Positions 59,333-64,000 of a stretch of 64,000 bases of DNA are shown one piece after another. The stretch comes from Clostridia bacterium (GTDB lineage: Bacteria; Bacillota; Clostridia; UMGS1883): the NCBI GenBank assembly GCA_051866635.1, contig JBJDXJ010000063.1:1-64000 (forward strand), in the 5' to 3' direction. The notes beneath the pieces are model-generated. The model saw nothing but the letters and a program-made list of their open reading frames with translations. It was not told the DNA's origin and searched no databases. The first letter of the stretch is position 1; every line of letters starts with the position of its first letter. The translations under genes and the position numbers were made by a program.

Positions 59333-60673
59333 TTAATTTTTCAAACTCTGCAAAGGTGCCGGAATTCTGCCGCCACGGGCAATAAATTCACTGCAGGACT
59401 TATTGTTAACACTCATAACGGGACCTGAACCTAAAAGTCCTCCGAATTCAACCACATCCCCAACCTTCTTACCCTTGGCAGGGATAACTCTTACGGCTGT
59501 TGTTTTACTGTTAACCATACCGATTGCGGCTTCATCTGCAATAATACCGGAAATTGTTTCTGCCGTTGTGTCCCCCGGCACTGCAATCATATCAAGACCT
59601 ACAGAACACACACAAGTCATTGCTTCAAGTTTTTCAAGAGTTAAGCACCCTGACTTTACAGCGGAAATCATACCTGCATCTTCGCTTACGGGAATAAATG
59701 CACCCGACAAACCGCCAACGTAACTGGATGCCATAACACCGCCCTTTTTAACGGCATCGTTAAGCAGAGCAAGTGCGGCAGTAGTGCCGTGTGTACCGCA
59801 CTGTTCCAAGCCCATTTCCTCAAGAATGTATGCAACAGAGTCACCTACCGCAGGGGTGGGAGCCAATGAAAGGTCCACAATACCGAAGGGGACATTCAAT
59901 CTCTTTGATGCTTCTACAGCCACCATCTGACCCATTCTTGTTATTTTGAAGGCCGTTTTTTTCACAGTGTCAGCCACAACGCCGAAGGGCTGACCCTTTA
60001 CCTTTTCCAAAGCACATTTTACAACGCCGGGACCTGATACGCCCACATTGATTACACATTCCCCTTCACCTGTGCCGTGGAAAGCACCTGCCATAAAGGG
60101 ATTATCTTCAACTGCATTTGCAAACACAACAAGCTTTGCACAAGCCATATCATCCAATTCTGAGGCTTTTTTTATAACCTGACCCATCTGTCTTACAGCA
60201 TCCATATTGATGCCTGCTTTTGTGCTTGCCACATTAACAGATGAACACATTTTACTTGTTTCTGCCAAGGCTTCGGGAATAGAGTCCACAAACAAGCGGT
60301 CAGAATCAGTATAGCCCTTTGCCACCAGTGCGGAGTAGCCGCCTATAAAGTTTACGCCTGTAGTTTCTGCCGCACGGTCAAGTGCCTTTGCAAACTCCAC
60401 ATAATGACCACAGCTTGATGCCACATGTGATATGGGAGTTACGGAAATACGCTTATTAATAATGGGAATACCGAATTCCTTTTCAATATCCACACCTGTT
60501 TTTACAAGATTTTCTGCGTATTTTGTTATTTTATCATACACTTTCACCGTTGCTTTTTTGTAGTCCTCACAGGCACAATCCAAAAGTGATATACCCATGG
60601 TGATGGTGCGGACATCAAGATGCTCGGCATTTATCATGTTCAGTGTTTCATAAATTTCAAGATTATTTATCAT
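59333..60673 (-). CDS. PFL-like DUF711/UPF0210 family protein
   Basis: [40 protein letters not shown]. Confidence 0.93.
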   Translation of the reverse strand: MINNLEIYETLNMINAEHLDVRTITMGISLLDCACEDYKKATVKVYDKITKYAENLVKTGVDIEKEFGIPIINKRISVTPISHVASSCGHYVEFAKALDRAAETTGVNFIGGYSALVAKGYTDSDRLFVDSIPEALAETSKMCSSVNVASTKAGINMDAVRQMGQVIKKASELDDMACAKLVVFANAVEDNPFMAGAFHGTGEGECVINVGVSGPGVVKCALEKVKGQPFGVVADTVKKTAFKITRMGQMVAVEASKRLNVPFGIVDLSLAPTPAVGDSVAYILEEMGLEQCGTHGTTAALALLNDAVKKGGVMASSYVGGLSGAFIPVSEDAGMISAVKSGCLTLEKLEAMTCVCSVGLDMIAVPGDTTAETISGIIADEAAIGMVNSKTTAVRVIPAKGKKVGDVVEFGGLLGSGPVMSVNNKSCSEFIARGGRIPAPLQSLKN

Positions 60674-60684
60674 AGGGGTACCTC

Positions 60685-60954
60685 TTATATTCTGTGCATA
60701 GATTCAAAGGTCTGCTTTCTCTGAATGGTAATCTGTACGCCGATTTCCTCACCGAGAGAAGTAAGCTCCTGACGTAATAAGTCAAAGTCTACATTACATT
60801 CCTTTGTGTCCACCATGGCTGTCATAACGAAAATATCTTCCATAATTGTCTGGGATATATCGATAATATTTACATCTCTTTCGTATAAAACGGTACTTAC
60901 CTTAGAAATAATACCTTTTTTGTCCTTGCCTATTACTGCAACAACTGCTTTCAT
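60685..60954 (-). CDS. ACT-domain protein (UPF0237)
   Basis: [10 protein letters not shown]...NIIDISQT...F..MHRI; usual partner of DUF711. Confidence 0.92.
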   Translation of the reverse strand: MKAVVAVIGKDKKGIISKVSTVLYERDVNIIDISQTIMEDIFVMTAMVDTKECNVDFDLLRQELTSLGEEIGVQITIQRKQTFESMHRI

Positions 60955-60968
60955 AACTTCAATCCTTT

Positions 60969-61700
60969 CTAACGCTGCTTCATAGCTTCATAAATCATTA
61001 ATGCACCTGCTACGGAAGCATTAAGACTGTTAACATTTCCCTTCATTGGTATGCTCACCAAAAAGTCACATTTTGAGGCGGTAAGTCTGCTTATTCCCTT
61101 ATCCTCGCCGCCTATAACAAGTGCAACTGCACCTTTGAAGTCCGCTTCGTAAATGCTTCTGTCACCTTTGGCATCAGCACCTGTAACCCACACGCCCTGT
61201 TCCTTTAAATAATCAATGGTCTGAGCTATATTAGAAACCCTTGCCACGGGGGTAAAACTTGCCGCACCTGCGGAGGCCTTAACGGCAGAAGCGGTTAAGG
61301 TTACACCGTCGTGCTTTGAAATAATCAAGCCGTGAACACCGGCACAGTTGGCTGTACGTATAATTGAGCCTAAGTTGTGGGGGTCCTCCAAGTGATCCAG
61401 AATTACGATAAATGGAGCTTCACCCTTTTCTTTGGCAATGTTTAAAATATCGTCAACCGTTTTGTATTCATAAGGCGGTATTCGTGCAATAACGCCCTGA
61501 TGCACACCTGTTTCACTCATGGAATCAAGTTTTTTATTATCCACTTCAACTACCTGTATTCCCTTATCCCTTGCCATTGCGATAATCTGCGTAAGGCTTC
61601 CTTTGTTTTCGCCACGCTTAACGTATATCTTATCTATCTGCCGTCCGCTTCTTATAGCCGCAGACACGGCATTTCTTCCTTCAATTACATCTTCATACAT
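60969..61700 (-). CDS. rlmB: 23S rRNA (G2251-2'-O)-methyltransferase
   Basis: GRNAV, HQGV, DPHNLGSIIRT, VIGGE.KG, IPM.G..NSLNAS. Confidence 0.93.
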   Translation of the reverse strand: MYEDVIEGRNAVSAAIRSGRQIDKIYVKRGENKGSLTQIIAMARDKGIQVVEVDNKKLDSMSETGVHQGVIARIPPYEYKTVDDILNIAKEKGEAPFIVILDHLEDPHNLGSIIRTANCAGVHGLIISKHDGVTLTASAVKASAGAASFTPVARVSNIAQTIDYLKEQGVWVTGADAKGDRSIYEADFKGAVALVIGGEDKGISRLTASKCDFLVSIPMKGNVNSLNASVAGALMIYEAMKQR

Positions 61701-64000
61701 CAACTAACCCTGCCTTTCGTCTTAATGTATTCACAAAATCCGTTTATTACACAAGATAGAATGGCTAACAGTATTGCCATAAGTATATTGTCATTTGTGA
61801 ACACACCGAAAAGTCCTAAGAATGATACAAAGTATACTAAAACTGCAACTATGCCCAGGATAATAACACCTATCAAACCGCTTTTTCCCTTTTCTAAATT
61901 TCCGTTCCATGCACATCTTCTTATTGCTTCAAAAATTGCATAGTAAACAAAGAACATCATGGCAGTTCCCACGCTTCCTGCACTTAGGGCAATAAGGCAC
62001 AAAAGTGCACCGATAAAGCCAAAAAGCATACATTCATATGCGGTATTTTTCTGACTATGTGGTTTAATACAACCGCCTGCAAAAAGTGACACCACCAAAC
62101 AGGGAACAAATGCCACAAACAGGTTTAATAAAAGTGTTGCGATTGTGGGTATATTGAAATAAATCCCCGTAAAGAGCATATACAACATAACGAGAACTTC
62201 ACAAAGCCCAACGCCCACTGCAATAAAAGATGAACAAGTCATATTGGACCTTATTGTTCTTACGAAGGAAATAACATTGCCAACGGAAGTAATATCCTTA
62301 TTTTCGGTAACTACATCCCCATCTTCACCGAAAGTAACAGATGAATAAATAGAAACACCGCCATCGGACATTTCGTCACCGGCAACCGCAACAGTTTTTG
62401 AGTTTGCCCCAAGAACACGGACCAGTTTTTCTCTGTCTTCCTTGGAAGCTGAGGAAAATACACTGTATTTATCGCACGCTGACAAAAGTTCTCTGTCAGT
62501 AGCATCGCTAAGCTCTCTGAAGCTTATACATTCATCTTCGCTTTTTATAATGCCCGCCTGTCTTGCCAGTGTTGCGGCAGTTATGGTAAGGTCACCCGTC
62601 ACCATAATAGGCTTTACATGGACCTTTTTTAATTTTGACACAGTTTCCCTTGCCTTTGATACAACCATTTCCCTGTATCCCATAAGACCTACGAAAATCA
62701 AATCCTTAATCTCACTTTCAATATCATCAGGCAATTGGGTAAGGTCCTTATATGCAACAGCACGCACCTTAAGACCTTTTTCAGCCATTGAAGATGATGC
62801 ATGTTCAATACGGTGCAATACTTCACCGTTCATATCCATTGTATTTTCACCGTCTGTCAATTTAGTGCAAAGGGTGGGAACTACCTCAATAGACCCTTTT
62901 ACAATAAGTCTGTAGCCATCGTCCCACTTGACAATAACAGCCATAAGTTTTCTTGCCTCGTCAAAGGGCACATAATGGATTTTAGGATTGTCCTCAATAA
63001 GCTTTTTAACATCGCGACCTTTATTTATAAGATAATCGGCAGTTGCCGTATCTATACTGTTGCCTTTTACAACGCCTGATGAAAATTCACAGTCACTGCA
63101 TATAACAGCCATATCCAATGCTTCAATATTTGGTATAAGGGTTTCCTCAAGGTCCATCTTTTCGTCTGTGAGCATACCGCCCTTGTCAAAAAGGAAATAC
63201 TCAACTTCGCCCAAGGAGGAAAGGATATTTTCATCGGTAACTTTTACATTTTCTTTGCGTAGCTTATTTGAGGCATACTTCATTGCAAGATGCCTTACAA
63301 AAGAAACTGCCGCAGGGATTAGACACAAGGATATTGTACAAGCAGTTATCATAGCCCGTTTAACGTCTTTAGTTTTCAAAGATACAAAAATTATAACTGC
63401 TATGGCACAAAGCATAGATACCAACAAAAGAAGCTTTTCACTGTAGTCATTTTTTGCAAACTTGTTATGCATATCAAGCTTATGTGCTTCCTTTGATGCA
63501 GTTTTTGCAAGCAAAGTGTCCTTTCCTGTTGCAATTACTGTTGCTCTGGCACTGCCTCGTGCAATGCTTGTGCCGCAATAAAGTATGTTATCACATTCAA
63601 AGCCTTCGGCTTCGTAATCCATTTTTTCGCTTTTCTTTTCTACAGGCACACTTCTGTTCCGAAGAAAAGATTCGTCAGCCTTTAAGTTTTCGCACCAAAG
63701 AACACGAAGGTCACAGGGCACAAAGTCCCCTTCTTCAAGTACAACCACATCGCCACGGACCAAAAGAGTGGGGTCACTTTCCATAAGATTTCCGTCACGG
63801 ATAATCTTTACATTTTCACGCCTTTTTCTGTCAAAAACCTCTGCAATTTTTCTTTCCCTATTATCACGCAAAAAGCCGCTTACCATATTAGATAGGGCAA
63901 CGGCAAAAAACAGAATCCACGCACCCATGCCACTTTTAAAGTCGCACAGTAAAGTGATAATTCCCATAGCAATAAATGCTAACGTATATAAATTTTTAAA
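61700..64000 (-). CDS. Cation-transporting P-type ATPase homologue with degenerate motifs (5' end beyond the window)
   Basis: LVRGDVV, VPCDLR, FDKGGMLT, PFDEARK, VKGSIE, MVTGD; frame open to 64000. Confidence 0.82.
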   Translation of the reverse strand, partial: FKNLYTLAFIAMGIITLLCDFKSGMGAWILFFAVALSNMVSGFLRDNRERKIAEVFDRKRRENVKIIRDGNLMESDPTLLVRGDVVVLEEGDFVPCDLRVLWCENLKADESFLRNRSVPVEKKSEKMDYEAEGFECDNILYCGTSIARGSARATVIATGKDTLLAKTASKEAHKLDMHNKFAKNDYSEKLLLLVSMLCAIAVIIFVSLKTKDVKRAMITACTISLCLIPAAVSFVRHLAMKYASNKLRKENVKVTDENILSSLGEVEYFLFDKGGMLTDEKMDLEETLIPNIEALDMAVICSDCEFSSGVVKGNSIDTATADYLINKGRDVKKLIEDNPKIHYVPFDEARKLMAVIVKWDDGYRLIVKGSIEVVPTLCTKLTDGENTMDMNGEVLHRIEHASSSMAEKGLKVRAVAYKDLTQLPDDIESEIKDLIFVGLMGYREMVVSKARETVSKLKKVHVKPIMVTGDLTITAATLARQAGIIKSEDECISFRELSDATDRELLSACDKYSVFSSASKEDREKLVRVLGANSKTVAVAGDEMSDGGVSIYSSVTFGEDGDVVTENKDITSVGNVISFVRTIRSNMTCSSFIAVGVGLCEVLVMLYMLFTGIYFNIPTIATLLLNLFVAFVPCLVVSLFAGGCIKPHSQKNTAYECMLFGFIGALLCLIALSAGSVGTAMMFFVYYAIFEAIRRCAWNGNLEKGKSGLIGVIILGIVAVLVYFVSFLGLFGVFTNDNILMAILLAILSCVINGFCEYIKTKGRVS

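Overview
Low-GC Bacillota (Clostridia-like, spore-forming, SLH-rich) chromosomal window. Housekeeping genes (birA-type ligase, aconitase-like hydratase, icd, msrA, uppP, pepD, tlyA, dxs, coaD, groES-groEL with CIRCE, mntP with a yybP-ykoY Mn riboswitch, rlmB) alternate with AT-rich accessory blocks. Main observations: (1) a co-oriented operon at about 48.7-56.7 kb encoding a membrane-anchored Zn-ribbon-TPR-TIR protein, an SPFH/Band-7-zinc-ribbon protein, a CFI-box-CTERM protein sharing the TIR protein's N-terminal module, lipoproteins and a small Zn-finger protein, next to a Ser/Thr kinase and two regulators; this is a candidate envelope-sensing or defence system. (2) Two giant SLH-anchored vWA proteins with different enzymes: a class-3 lipase followed by a coupled small membrane protein, and a CLCA-like metalloprotease. 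(3) A roughly 160-bp structured repeat in three copies with covarying terminal inverted repeats. (4) A tRNA-Leu whose best-folding anticodon is the bacterially rare AAG. (5) An intact P-type ATPase homologue with most catalytic motifs degenerate. All calls come from reading the sequence by eye; no database searches were run.
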